The notes: generated from the letters alone by a model not told the origin. A DNA stretch of 64,000 bases from an uncultured Spirochaetota bacterium (GCA_963734495.1 CAVTHK010000001.1:288001-352000); one strand, 5' to 3'; numbered from the stretch's first letter, positions 19,374 to 30,400 are shown. Numbers and translations: made by a program.

Positions 19374-20355
19374 TCACCTCTGCCATTCGTCCTGGAGCGC
19401 CCAGCCGAGGTTGCGCATCTCCTGGCCCGGTGAGGAAGCGGAAGACGGACAGGCATGCCACCGCCCCCTCGCCGATCGACTTGGAGATCTGCCAGGGCTC
19501 GCCGGTGATGTCGCCGCAGGCGAAGACGCCGGGGACGCTCGTCTGCATCCGCCGGTCGACGGCGACGAAGCCGCTCGAGTCCACGTCGATGCCGGCGGCC
19601 GCGTACACCTCGCTCGTCGCTCGCCGCCTGGTGAGGAACAGGCCGTCGACCGGAAGCACGCGGTCGCCGACGACCACCTCCTCGAGCCGGTCGCGGCCCC
19701 GCAGCTCGCGGATCGAACCTTCGAGCCAGGCGACGTCGTTGGCCTCGATGATCTCGCGGGGCACCTGCCGCGCGTAGTCCGCGGGGACCGGGCCCAGGTA
19801 GGTCACCTGCGAGGCGGTGCGCCTGAGGAGGAACGCGTCGAAGGGGTTGCCGCACACGAGCACGCGCCTGCCGCGGAACAGCGGCGCGTCGCACTCCGCG
19901 CAGTACGAGACGCCCTTGCCCAGGAACCGCCGCTCCCCGGCGACGCCGTACTCCTCCTTGAGCCCGAGCAGCTCGAGGCCCGTGGCGATGATCACGGCTT
20001 TCGGCCTGTACTCGGCGGCCGGCGTCCGTACGCGGAACGCGTCCGCGGCGAAGTCCAGCTCCTGCGCCGGCTCGAGCGCGTTGAGACGGCCGCCCGCCGC
20101 CTCGAGCTGGGCGACGAGCGCTTCGGTGATCGCGGGGCCGCGTCTTCCCGTGACGCCGGGGAAGTTCTCGACGGTCTTCGCCAGGTTCATGAGCCCGCCG
20201 CCGTTCTCGGCGTCGAGCAGCACCATGTTGATGCGGAGGAGCGAGGCGTAGATCGCGGCCGAGAGCCCGGCTGCGCCGGCGCCGATGATGAGCAGCTCGA
20301 GATCGGGGGCGTTGCGCTCTTCCAGCCCGTAGCGGCCAGGCGCGAAGGCGGTCAC
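19374..20355 (-). CDS. Thioredoxin reductase-like FAD-dependent oxidoreductase, frameshift near 19425
   Basis: IIGAGAAGLSAA, VENFPG, GVSYCAECD and TSVPGVFACGD motifs; GTG start overlaps the upstream stop; C-terminus QEMRNLGWALQDEWQR* lies in the alternative frame. Confidence 0.8.
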
Positions 20356-21417
20356 AGGATGGGGAGCGGCCGCGACCGCGTGTTGTGCAGCGCGGAGACC
20401 TTCGGGCCGCGGTAGCAGCGGAGTGAGTACCCGCAGTACGGGCACTTCCCGTCGACTACCCGGTTCTCGCCGACACCGAAGCCGTCGCGGTCGATCAGCA
20501 CGCGCGAGCAGCCAGGGCACAGACGTGTTCTGCGCCGGGTGTCCCGGGATGTTGCCGACGTAGACGTGCTGCAGACCTTCATCTATCCCTATCTCCCTCG
20601 CCCTCTCGAGGGTCGCGACCGGGGTGGGCGGCTCGTTGACCTTGTTGTCGGGGTGGTAGGCGGTCACGTGCCACGGCGTCTCCGCGCTCAGGCTCGCGAC
20701 GATCCAGCGGGCGAGGCCGCGGAACTGCTCGTCGGTGTCGTTCCAGTTGGGGATGACGTTGGTGACCACCTCGACGTGAACGCCCGCCTGAAACGCGATG
20801 GTGCCGTTCTCGAGGACCTGCCGCAGCACAGGGCTTCCGGTGAGCCGCTGGTAGAACTCGTCGGTGAATCCCTTGACGTCGAGGCGGTAGGCGTCGGTGT
20901 GCTTGAGGAGCGCGCGCAGGGCCGGCGGATTGATCATGCCTGCGGTGACCATGACGGTGAGCAGGCCGGCCTCGCGCGCGAGGCGCGCCGCGTCGAGGAT
21001 GTACTCGAACCAGATGCTCGGCTCGTTGTAGGTCCAGGCGAGCGCGCTGACCCGCCGGTCGAGCGCGAGCTGCACCAGCGCCTCGGGCGAGAGATCGGTG
21101 AGCCCTGCTCCCGTCTCGCTCGCCGCGTGGTGGGAGATCTCCCAGTTCTGGCAGTGCTGGCAGCGCATGTTGCACCCGAACGTGCCGACAGAAAGGATCG
21201 GGATGCCCGGATGGAAGTGGTACAGCGGCTTCTTCTCGATCGGGTCGATGGCGATCGACGCCACCCGTCCGTAGGTGAGCGCGTAGAGACGGCCCTCGAG
21301 GTTCTTGCGGACCCCGCAATAGCCGGTCCTCCCCTCGGGGATCACGCACTCGTGCGGGCACAGGTGGCAGTGCACCATCCGGTGCCCGATCTGCTCGTAA
21401 AGCAGCGCCTCTCGCAC
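20352..21417 (-). CDS. AmmeMemoRadiSam-type radical SAM enzyme (PFL-activase-like), frameshift near 20525
   Basis: CHLCPHEC...CGVR, DPIEKKPLYHF, GCNMRCQHCQNWEIS and TYNEP motifs; C-terminal CPGC...CPYCG zinc ribbon in the adjacent frame, ending at 20352. Confidence 0.88.
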
Positions 21418-21440
21418 GGCGAGCCTTTCCTTACTAAACT

Positions 21441-21469
21441 AGTATAGGAAGGCTCCCGCCCGGAGTCAA
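21441..21469 (-). promoter_or_regulatory. Sigma70-type promoter of the radical SAM gene
   Basis: TTGACT-N17-TATACT on the minus strand, followed by AAGGAAAGG and GTG 21417. Confidence 0.75.
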
Positions 21470-21557
21470 ACCGCCTCGCCGTCCGGCCAGCCCGTGCGCA
21501 GGTCGAGTTTGCGCGGCGCGCAGACTGTCGCCTATAGTGGAGCGCGAGAGGTGACGC

Positions 21558-22907
21558 GTGAGCGACCGGCTGACCTTGAAGACTCGGCTGGGCTACGGCA
21601 TCTGCGATCTCGGGGGAAACCTCTTCTTCACCATGATGGGGTTCTACCTCCTCTACTTCATGACGGACGTCGTGAAGCTCGCGGCGGGGCTGGCCGGCAC
21701 CGCGCTCATGATCGGCAAGATCTGGGACGCGGTCACCGACCCGGCGGTCGGCTATCTGTCCGATCGCACCCGCACTCGGTGGGGAAGGCGCAGGCCCTGG
21801 ATCTTCTGGGGCGCGATCTCTCTCCTGGTCGCGATGCCGATCCAGTTCATCAACCCGGGGCCCGCGAGCCAGGGGCTGCTGTTCGCCTGGGCCGCGCTGA
21901 CCTACTGCCTCCTCTGCACCGCGTACACGCTCGTCAACATCCCCTACGGGGCGCTGCTGCCCGAGCTCACGACGAACTTCGACGAGCGCACGGCACTCAG
22001 CGGCTTCCGCATGTCGTTCGCCGTGCTCGGCACGCTCGTCGGCGCGGGGGCCGTGCTGCCCATCGTGCACGCCTTTGCCGACCCCGCGATCGGCTGGCCG
22101 GCGATGGGCGCGTCCATGGGCGCCGTGATGACCGCCACCGCGCTGGTGACGTTCGCCACCGTGCGCGAGGACCCGTCGCACTGGACCGCGGACGAGGGAA
22201 AGGGAGTCGCGCGCAATCTCGCCGAGGTGATCGGCAACCGCGTCTTCCTGCTCGCGCTCATCCCGTGGGTGCTCCATATCACGGGAGTCCAGCTCATCCA
22301 GAATGCCCTGCTCTACTACTTCACCTACATCTACAACGCTCAGGACCAGTTCTACGTCGCGCTGCCGATCATGCTCGTGGTGACGCTGGCCTTCATCCCG
22401 GTCTGGGTCTTCCTCTCGCGCCGCATCGGCAAGAAGCTCAGCTACAACCTCGGGATGGGATTGCTCGCCGCGGCTGTGGTCGTGTTCTTTGTATTCGGCG
22501 AGCGGGGGGGCCTCCCCTTCGCCTACGTCATCATGGTGATCGGCGGCGTCGGCCTCTCGACGAACTACGTGATGCCGTTCTCGATCATCCCGGACGTCGT
22601 CGAGTACGACTACGCGGAGACGGGCCGCAGGCGCGAGGGCGTCTACTACGGGCTGTGGACCTTCGCGAGCAAGGTCGGGCAGGCGCTCGCGCTCGGGGCG
22701 AGCGGCTGGATGCTGGCCGCATTCGGCTATGTTGCCGACAGGCCGCAGAGCGCGTCCGCGAAGCTGGGGATCGGCCTGCTGGTCGGGCCGATCCCGGCGC
22801 TGCTGTTCGCCGCCGGCGTCGTCGTGCTCTCGTTTTACCCGATCAACCAGCGCTTCTACGAGGGCATCCTGGAAAAGGTGCGCGCGCGGCAGGACCGCGG
22901 CGGCTGA
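21558..22907 (+). CDS. Glycoside-pentoside-hexuronide (MelB-like) MFS symporter
   Basis: IWDAVTDPAVGYLSDRTRTRWGRRRPW, NIPYGAL and DVVEYD...GRRREG motifs. Confidence 0.92.
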   Translation: MSDRLTLKTRLGYGICDLGGNLFFTMMGFYLLYFMTDVVKLAAGLAGTALMIGKIWDAVTDPAVGYLSDRTRTRWGRRRPWIFWGAISLLVAMPIQFINPGPASQGLLFAWAALTYCLLCTAYTLVNIPYGALLPELTTNFDERTALSGFRMSFAVLGTLVGAGAVLPIVHAFADPAIGWPAMGASMGAVMTATALVTFATVREDPSHWTADEGKGVARNLAEVIGNRVFLLALIPWVLHITGVQLIQNALLYYFTYIYNAQDQFYVALPIMLVVTLAFIPVWVFLSRRIGKKLSYNLGMGLLAAAVVVFFVFGERGGLPFAYVIMVIGGVGLSTNYVMPFSIIPDVVEYDYAETGRRREGVYYGLWTFASKVGQALALGASGWMLAAFGYVADRPQSASAKLGIGLLVGPIPALLFAAGVVVLSFYPINQRFYEGILEKVRARQDRGG

Positions 22908-22911
22908 CCCA

Positions 22912-23280
22912 TCAGCTCTCCCGGCGACAGACCCAGACGACCTCGCCCCGGACCCCGGCGGCGAGCGTCCCCGGCTCCGCTTCGAGCATCCGCCACTCGT
23001 CCGCCGTGTAGACCAGAAGATCCGCGGGAACCGGCAGCGAGAGAGTGTCCCATGATCTGCCGCGCTCGATGAAAGGCTCCCGTGCTTCGCGCACGAGCGC
23101 TACGAGATCCACGTCGCTGCCGACGCCTGAATCCCCGCGCGCATATGAACCGAAATAGCCGACGGCCACCAGGTCCTCGCGCCTCGCCGCCTGCTCAGCG
23201 GCCCATGACCTGACCGCGGAATCGATCTGCCCGGGATCAGGCCAGACGAGAACGGACGAACTCAAGGATCGCACCGGCAT
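22912..23280 (-). CDS. Minimal nucleotidyltransferase (MNT), partner of the HEPN protein
   Basis: GS-X10-DVD (GSYARGDSGVGSDVD) and DLLVYT; start overlaps the HEPN gene end. Confidence 0.85.
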   Translation of the reverse strand: MPVRSLSSSVLVWPDPGQIDSAVRSWAAEQAARREDLVAVGYFGSYARGDSGVGSDVDLVALVREAREPFIERGRSWDTLSLPVPADLLVYTADEWRMLEAEPGTLAAGVRGEVVWVCRRES

Positions 23281-23620
23281 GACTGATCGCTTCCTCGCTC
23301 TGCAGGACGCCGTAGTGCTCGAACGGAGCGCCTTCGGGGTGTCCGTTGGGACACCGCGTCGGCATGTAGAAGTTGTCGAGCACCCTCGCGCGCTCGACGA
23401 GATCGGCAGGGGGCGCCTGCGGCAGATCCATGAGCAGCCTGGCGACGACGTGTCCCCATGCCTGCTGCCCGAGATGGAGGTGGAGCGCCTTGACCGCGAT
23501 CTCCGCCGCCTGCTGCGCGGCGAAACAGGCCCACTCGTGGCGACCCTCTGCGCGCGACGATCGGGCCTGGTCGAGGTCTCTCTCCGCCTGCGCCAGCCAG
23601 TCCCGCTCGCGATTGGGCAT
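23237..23620 (-). CDS. HEPN domain protein
   Basis: WLAQAERDL, WACFAAQQAAE, WGH and LDNFYMPTRCPNGH motifs. Confidence 0.88.
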   Translation of the reverse strand: MPNRERDWLAQAERDLDQARSSRAEGRHEWACFAAQQAAEIAVKALHLHLGQQAWGHVVARLLMDLPQAPPADLVERARVLDNFYMPTRCPNGHPEGAPFEHYGVLQSEEAISHAGAILEFVRSRLA

Positions 23621-23663
23621 CCACTGATACTACCACGAGGCCGGCCGGGCAAGGAGAGCACGG

Positions 23664-24548
23664 TCAGAGCCCGGTCGCTTCGTCCTCCGCGCGGTAGATG
23701 CCGGCGGTGAGGCGCGGCAGGGCCGCCATGTCGAACGAAGGCCTGAGCTCCTCGACGAGGCGCACGTTGCGCGCGACCTCTTCGGGAAAGCGCATCCCGA
23801 CGTTCGCGACATGCACGCGGCTGTCGGAGAGCACGAAGCGGAGCGCGACCTCGTAGAGCTCGGCCTCGCGCCACTGCGGCGCGATCGCGCTCGCGATCCG
23901 CTGCAGCATCCCCGAAGTCATCGGCCGCATCACGGAGACGCCGAGCCGCGCGTCGCGCGCCTCGTTCAGCAGGTGCAGCGCCGCGGACTGGTAGATGAGG
24001 TTGTAGCGAACCTGCACGCAGGCGAAGCGGCCGGTGGCGATGAGCGGCCGCGCCGTCCACGGCTCCTCCACCGTGAGGCCGACGAAGCGCGCCTTGCCCT
24101 GCTCGCGGAGGCGCTCGAGCGCCTCAAGAAGGCCGCCGTTCACGATGCGGTCGACCTCCTCGGCGGTGTACATGCCGCCGTGGAACTGGATGATGTCGAT
24201 GCGGTCGGTCCGCAGCCTCGCGAGCGAACGCTCGACGCTCGCGGTCACGTCGGCGGCGGAGCCCCTGTAGCCGACCTTGGTCGCGAGCACGACGCCGTCC
24301 CTGCGGCCGCCGCTCAGGGCCTCGCCGATCAAGGACTCGCTGTGCCCGTCCCCGTAGCCCGGCGCGGTGTCGATCACGTTGATGCCGTTGTCCAGCGCGG
24401 CGTGCACCGTGCTGATTGCCAGCGCGCGGCCCTCCGCGGTGTAGGGATCCCAGCCGCGGGCGCGGTTGACCGCGCCCAGCGGGAAGCCGCCGAGGGCCAG
24501 CCGTGTGACTTCGAGGCCGGTGCTGCCGTAGCTCACCTTCTGGATCAT
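23664..24548 (-). CDS. Aldo/keto reductase
   Basis: IDTAPGYGDGHSE, LATKVG and SLARLRTDRIDIIQFH motifs. Confidence 0.9.
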   Translation of the reverse strand: MIQKVSYGSTGLEVTRLALGGFPLGAVNRARGWDPYTAEGRALAISTVHAALDNGINVIDTAPGYGDGHSESLIGEALSGGRRDGVVLATKVGYRGSAADVTASVERSLARLRTDRIDIIQFHGGMYTAEEVDRIVNGGLLEALERLREQGKARFVGLTVEEPWTARPLIATGRFACVQVRYNLIYQSAALHLLNEARDARLGVSVMRPMTSGMLQRIASAIAPQWREAELYEVALRFVLSDSRVHVANVGMRFPEEVARNVRLVEELRPSFDMAALPRLTAGIYRAEDEATGL

Positions 24549-25198
24549 GGCGCCCCCATTTGCCGAACGTCGGCAAGCGGCGGCAGGTTCAGCAGCAGGT
24601 TCCCGTGGCCGGGGATCACGAGCGCAGCCTCGCGCTTGAGCCTGCGGATGGTCTCGGCCGCGGCGGCGAAATCGACGGAGTTGTGATACCCCTCCTCCGC
24701 CGCGAAAAAGTCGGGCGTCATCACGGCGTCGCCCGCCGCCACGAGCGTGCCCCACGGCGAGCCCACGGCCAGGGAATGGTGGCCGGCGGTGTGCCCCGGA
24801 GTCGCGAGCAGGCGCACGCCTTGGGGGAGCGCGCCTTCGGCGGGCTCGAAGCCGCCGATGACGGCCGCATCGTCGGGGCTGCGCTCGCGCCACTCCGCCA
24901 GGCCCGCGGCGGCCATCAGCCGGCGGGCGCCGGGAAACAGCGCGAGCCCGTAGCGGTGGTCGCCGTGGTGATGGGTCAGGAAGACCGCGTCGATCCGCCC
25001 GGGCTTGAAGCCGGCGCGGTCGAAGAGAAGGCGCTCCAGCTCTTCCGGGTGCGGCGAAGGATCGACGAGCAGCCTCGTCCCCGGCGCCGCGATGAGCGTG
25101 CACGTGGCGGTCGCGCTTCGCACCCGCTCCTTCTCGCCCCAGAAGCGGTTCATGCTGAGGCAGCCGATGTTCACGATCGTGACGGCGGGAAACGCCAT
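24545..25198 (-). CDS. Metallo-beta-lactamase fold hydrolase
   Basis: THHHGDH, TPGHTAGH, AGDA and IPGHG motifs. Confidence 0.88.
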   Translation of the reverse strand: MAFPAVTIVNIGCLSMNRFWGEKERVRSATATCTLIAAPGTRLLVDPSPHPEELERLLFDRAGFKPGRIDAVFLTHHHGDHRYGLALFPGARRLMAAAGLAEWRERSPDDAAVIGGFEPAEGALPQGVRLLATPGHTAGHHSLAVGSPWGTLVAAGDAVMTPDFFAAEEGYHNSVDFAAAAETIRRLKREAALVIPGHGNLLLNLPPLADVRQMGAP

Positions 25199-25205
25199 GG
25201 CGCGC

Positions 25206-26123
25206 TCAGCCCTGCGACACGTCGGGGATCTCGTCGCTGCGCCGCTCCCAGTAGTCCGAGGCCTGGCGCAGGGCGCGCACCCCGAGGGCCACGGCCCGGC
25301 CATAGCCGCCGCGATTCGCGTCCTCGCGGATCGCCGTCTCGAGCGCCTGCGCCGTCACCTTCTCGCCGCGCTGCGCAGCGCGAGCGGCCGCCACGGCGGG
25401 GTCGTCCGTGCGGTAGAACTCGGTCTCCACGCCGTACCTCCGGACTTTCTCCGGGTCGGGCGCGCGGAAGACGCTCACGTAGCGCTCGACGCTCAGGTAC
25501 AGCGGCTGCACCTGGTCGATGAGGTTGTCCAGCCAGGCGTCGAGGTTTTCCCTGTCGGGGGCCAGCGTGTGCGCGGCGAGCAGCGCGCGCTGGAAAAGGC
25601 TCGTGACGAACTCCTCGAGCGCGCGCACGGGCTCAAGCTTCGCGTCCGCGAACAGGAACCTGTTGAAGGGATCCTCGCCGCCGGCGAGGTACACCTCGCG
25701 GAAGACCTTGACGTCGTAGTAGACGGAGATCTCCTGGATCGCATCCAGCGCGGGCGCTTCGGCGACGCCCTTCTGCATGGCGTGGTGCGTGGCGTTCCAG
25801 TCCGCGCCCGCCAGGCGGCTCATGACCGGCTTGAGTATGTAGTCGGCGGGGAAATGCGCGATCCCGCCGAGCGCGTAAGCGATCCTGCGGGCGAGCAGGT
25901 CCCGCGCGGCCCCGCCGGCGGCCTGCACGGCCGGCCACTGCTCGCGGGCCCGTGAGAGCACGTGCGGCACGAAGCGGGCGCCCCCGCGCGACACGCTGCC
26001 GAGCCGCCCAAACTGCCGCTCCGCCTGGAGGATCGCGACGAGATCGCGGGCCATCCGCGGATCGAGCGCCGCGAGCCGGCGCATGTCTTCGAACACGGCC
26101 CAGTGGGTCAACAGATCGGACAC
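25206..26123 (-). CDS. Hypothetical protein, possibly zinc-dependent phospholipase C/P1 nuclease-like fold
   Basis: N-terminal His (LLTHW) and GGIAHFPAD (HxxxD) arrangement; host-like codon usage; AAGGAG RBS. Confidence 0.55.
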   Translation of the reverse strand: MSDLLTHWAVFEDMRRLAALDPRMARDLVAILQAERQFGRLGSVSRGGARFVPHVLSRAREQWPAVQAAGGAARDLLARRIAYALGGIAHFPADYILKPVMSRLAGADWNATHHAMQKGVAEAPALDAIQEISVYYDVKVFREVYLAGGEDPFNRFLFADAKLEPVRALEEFVTSLFQRALLAAHTLAPDRENLDAWLDNLIDQVQPLYLSVERYVSVFRAPDPEKVRRYGVETEFYRTDDPAVAAARAAQRGEKVTAQALETAIREDANRGGYGRAVALGVRALRQASDYWERRSDEIPDVSQG

Positions 26124-26281
26124 AGCTTCTCCTTTCGACGCCCGGCGCGCCCGCCCGCGGCGCGGACACCTGCGCGGAGGCGCCTCGAGCCGCAGCCGCC
26201 TTCAGCTTACCCTTTTGGCCCGCCCGTGGCGATCCCTTCGGCTTTGCGATCGGGCGAGGCCGCGCCCGGCCGCCGGGACTC

Positions 26282-27382
26282 TCAGCGCGATCGGGAGCCG
26301 GCGAGCGCCTGTTCGTAGTCGGCCTCGCCGAGCACGCCCCGCAGCATGGCGAGCACGTTGGCGGTCGGCGTGCCGACCTGCACCGCGTGCGAGGGCGCGG
26401 CGATGTAGCCGCCGCCGCGGCCGAGAACGCCGACGAGCTGCCGGCATTCCGCGGCGACCTCCGCTGCGGCGGCGCGCGGCAGGAGCGACTGCACGGCGAT
26501 CGCACCCTGGAACGAGAGCCGGTCGCCGTAGGCTGCCTTGAGCCTGGACGGCTCCATCCCGGCGGCGTCGACCTGCACGGCCTCGAGGACTTCGACTCCC
26601 GCATCGAGCAGATCGGGGATGATGTCGAAGACGGCGCCGTCGGTGTGGTACATCGCGCGCGCGCCGGGAAAGAGCCGCCGCGCGCTGTCGATGAGCCTGC
26701 GGTGGCAGGGCTGAATCATCTCGCGGTAGGTCTCGCGCGACATGAGCAGGCCCCGCTGCCCGCCCAGGTCGTCGGCGAAGAACAGGATGTCGATCAGGTC
26801 GCCGCAGCTCTCGGCCGCCCTCGAGCTGCATCGCGCAGAAGAAGTCGCAGATCCGCTCGAGCGCCGCGTGAACGACCTCCGGATACAGGAGAAGGTTGAC
26901 GAGCGTCTCCTCCAGCCCCGTCATCCACGTGTACTCTTCGAGCGGCCGGCCGCTCGCGACCAGCCCCAGCCTGCGCGCCTTCGTGAGGCCGGGGTCGGGC
27001 GCGAGGACCCGGTCGCGGAAGCCGGCCCAGTCGAACCAGTCCGCGCTCGGCCAGCGGTGACGGGCGACGATGCCCGGATCGGTGGCGCCCGCGAGAGGTT
27101 TGCCGACCACTTCGTCGTAGTGCCCGCCTCGGTAGGACACCGCCCGCCGGCGAACGCCCCACATGTCGGTATCGGGAGGCAGCTCGGTCCGACGTAGCGG
27201 GGCTCTACGGTGACGACGTCCTCGGTCAGGAAGCGCAGCGCGTTCCAGTCGATGCTTTGCGCGGCGAGGTCGCGCTCGAGCGAGGCGCTCATCTCCGGCG
27301 TCGGGCCGAAGCCCCAGGAGAAGGGCACGCGCTCCGGCGGCTCGTGCGCCAGAGCTGCGCGGACGCGCTCCCTCGCGGTCAT
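26282..27382 (-). CDS. Uroporphyrinogen decarboxylase/MtaA-CmuA methyltransferase superfamily protein, two frameshifts (~27183 and ~26822)
   Basis: MTARERVRAALAHEPPERVP, DMWGV, FADDLGGQRGLLMS, YHTDG and GGGYIAAPSH occur in successive frames. Confidence 0.82.
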
Positions 27383-27420
27383 GGACTGCCGGGCCTGCGG
27401 AACGGAACGCAGCGGCCCGA

Positions 27421-30400
27421 TCACGGCCTCGCCGTGATCATGAGCTTGTAGGGCGCGCCGATGACGGCCCCGACTGCCCACGACCGGACAGCCACGGCGT
27501 GGGTGTTGTTTGGGGCGTAGGTCGGCATGATCCACGGCGGAATGGTCGGCTCGATCCCCACGCCGAAGCTCGAGCTGAGCCATGGAATGTTGGTCCGATC
27601 GTTCCAGTGCAGCTCCAGGTCCGCGTCATCGCCCGGCGTGCCCGTGGTCCACGTCAGATAGATCTCGAGGTGCCCCACCGCTGGGTTGACCACGAAGCGG
27701 AACGTGTCGCGTATGGTCGTCGCGCCGTTGTCCAGCGCGCCCGTGATCAGGATCGCCTGGTCGAGCTGCAGGGTGACACCCGTGTCATTGCCGGCAAAGC
27801 CTGCCTGGAACGGCTTGTCGTCGTCGTTCGGCTCCGTCTCGGCGAACGTGTAGTTGTGGACAGGAATCAGGGTCGAGACATACAGGTCGTTGCCCGGGTT
27901 CGCATCATCGTCGGCATCGAGCTGGACGATCAGGTAGTAGCCGCCGCCCTTGGCGGCCCAGGTCCCGTTGAAGCCATTGAGGTCGTTCACGACAAAACTG
28001 GCCGAGCCAGCGAGCGCTGCGACCGTGCCCTGTGCGCCCGAGAACCAGTCGGAGGCATCGAGCGCCTTGTCTGGCGAGACGTAAGCGCGCCAGTGAATCG
28101 GGCTGTTGCCGGTGTTCGCGGTCAGGTTCTTTATGGTGAAGGTGCGCACGCCCGAGAATGCACCGCCCGGGCTCCCGTCCGTGGGGAAGGTCGCGGCGCT
28201 CACCGTGTAGTCCGGCCCGCCGGTCGTCACCACACCCGGGCTCGACGCCGTGTTGTTCCCCGTGTTCGAGTCGGTCTCCACCGATGTCGCCGTCGCGATC
28301 AGGTAGTAGGTCCCGGGGTCCATCGGCCAGAATCCGTCCTGGAAGCTCACGGTCGCGAAAGTCCCGGCGGCGAGGCCGGCGTGCATCCCCGATGCCACGA
28401 CCGGATCGACCCCGACCGTCAGAATCGGGTCCGCGGAGACGTAGACGGTCCAGAGCACGGAGCCGGTTCCGTCGTCGCTGCCGGCCAGGTTGTCGAGGCG
28501 GAAATCGCCCTTGAGGCTGGCGCCCGCGATAGTCAGCCCCGTGCTCTGCACGTTGCTCACGGCGTAGTCGACCTTGGGAGCCGCGACGGCGATCGGACCG
28601 AGGGACGCGGTGTCGTTGCCGGGGACCGTGTCGTCGGAAGCGGCGATGCGGACGAAGAGCCAGTAGTTGCCCGGCGCCGACGGCCAGGTGCCGCTGAACG
28701 GGATGGTGTCCGTCGGGTCCGCACTCGCCATCGGGCCGTGCGAGCCTGCGTCGACGACGGGGTCCACGCCTATTGTCAGCGTCGAGTCGCTCGAGCGGTA
28801 CACCGTCCAGCTCACGTTGACACCTGGCGTGCCGTTGGCTGAGCCCACGTTCTTGAGGTCGAACTGACCGGTGAAAGCCGCTGAGGCGCGCAGGCTGCCG
28901 AACCGCTGAACGTTCGAGACCTCGTAGTTCACGTCCGGGAGAGAGACCGCGATCGCGGCTGCTGATCTTCCCTCGTTGTCCGCCGGGTCGACTTCGTCGG
29001 CCGCGCTCACCCGCGCGATCAGGTAGTAGCTCGTCGGTATCGCGGGCCAGAAACCGTTGAAGGCCGGCGTCGTGCTCCCGCCCGACGAGAGACCGCCCGC
29101 GTAGACGTCGGTGTCCACGATCTGGTCTGCCGCGTCCCATGTCGTGTCGGTCGAGGCATAGACGCTCCAGTAGACGTTCTGCGCGCCGTTGCCCGTCCCG
29201 GAGTTCTGGAAGGTGAAGGTCCCGCTGACCGGTCCCCCTATGGTGGCTCCGGAGGAGTGAGTCACGCCGGTCACGATATAGTCGACCTGGGGCGGGGCGC
29301 CCGCGGTCACGGCCACGGAGGACGCGGTGCTCGCTTCATCGTTGAGCGAGGACACGTCGTCGCTCGCGCTGATGCGCACGACGATGAAGTAGTTGCCGGG
29401 AGTCGTGGGCCAGGCGCCACCGGTAAAGTCGTTGATCAAGACCGGACCAGGAGCCGAAAGCATAGCCGCCCGCGTCCCGGTCTTGATGACGGTGTCTCCC
29501 GTGTCCCAGGTGGGGTTGGTGGACGCGTACGCGGTCCACGTCACCGTCTTGGTGCCGTCGGCAGTGCCGACGTTGTCGAGCTCGAACGACGCGCTGACCG
29601 GCCCTCCGGCTATGCCGGGGAGGCCGCTGACGTTGCTCGGTGCGTAGTCCACGTTCGGCGGCGGGGGAGACGTGACCGCCACCGCCGCTGCCGTGCGGGC
29701 CTCATTGTCGCCCGGCGAAGTGTCGTCCGCCGCGCTGATGAGCACGATCAGGTAGTAGCTGTCCGCCGTGGCAGGCCAGAGCCCGCTGAAGCCGGGTGAA
29801 GTCGTGCCGCCTCCGGCGGCTATCGAGGAGCCGGATACCGATCCGGTGGCGACGAGCGGGTCTGTCGCCTGGTAGCTCGTGTTGGTCGACGCGTAGACGC
29901 TCCAGTAGATGATCGCCGAGCCGACAACCGAACCGCTGTTGGTAATGGTGAAGGAGCCCGTCACCGCAGCGCCCGCCACCGTACCGGACGAGTGCGTGAC
30001 ACCGCTCGGCGCATACTTCACGTCCGGCGGCGGACCGCCGGCAACCGTCACGGGAACCGCGCTGCTCGCCTCGTCGTTGCCTGAGGCGACGTCGTCGGCC
30101 GCGCTGATGCGCACGACGACGAAATAGTTGCCAGGCGTCGTGGGCCACGTGCCGCCGGCGAGACTGATCGGGACCGGTCCCGGCGCCGCAGCCATGAAAC
30201 CCTGCGTCCCTGTCTTGATGACCGTGTCTCCCGTGTCCCACGTAGGGTTCGTGGACGCGTACGCAGTCCACGCGACCGTCTTGGTGCCGTCGGCGGTGCC
30301 GACGTTGTCGAGATCGAACGATCCGCTGACTAGCCCCCCGGCTGTGCCGGCCACGGCGGTGACATTGCTCACCGCGTAGTTGACATTCGGCAGCGTCACG

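Noticed and set aside
19249-21417. 722-aa radical SAM-thioredoxin reductase fusion in the ORF track
   Set aside because: The radical SAM C-terminal zinc ribbon and stop (20352) lie in another frame, so the fusion results from a frameshift near 20525
29480-30310. Diversity-generating retroelement TR/VR pair in the lipoprotein gene
   Set aside because: Differences between the two ~100-bp copies are mostly synonymous and not adenine-specific, and no reverse transcriptase is present
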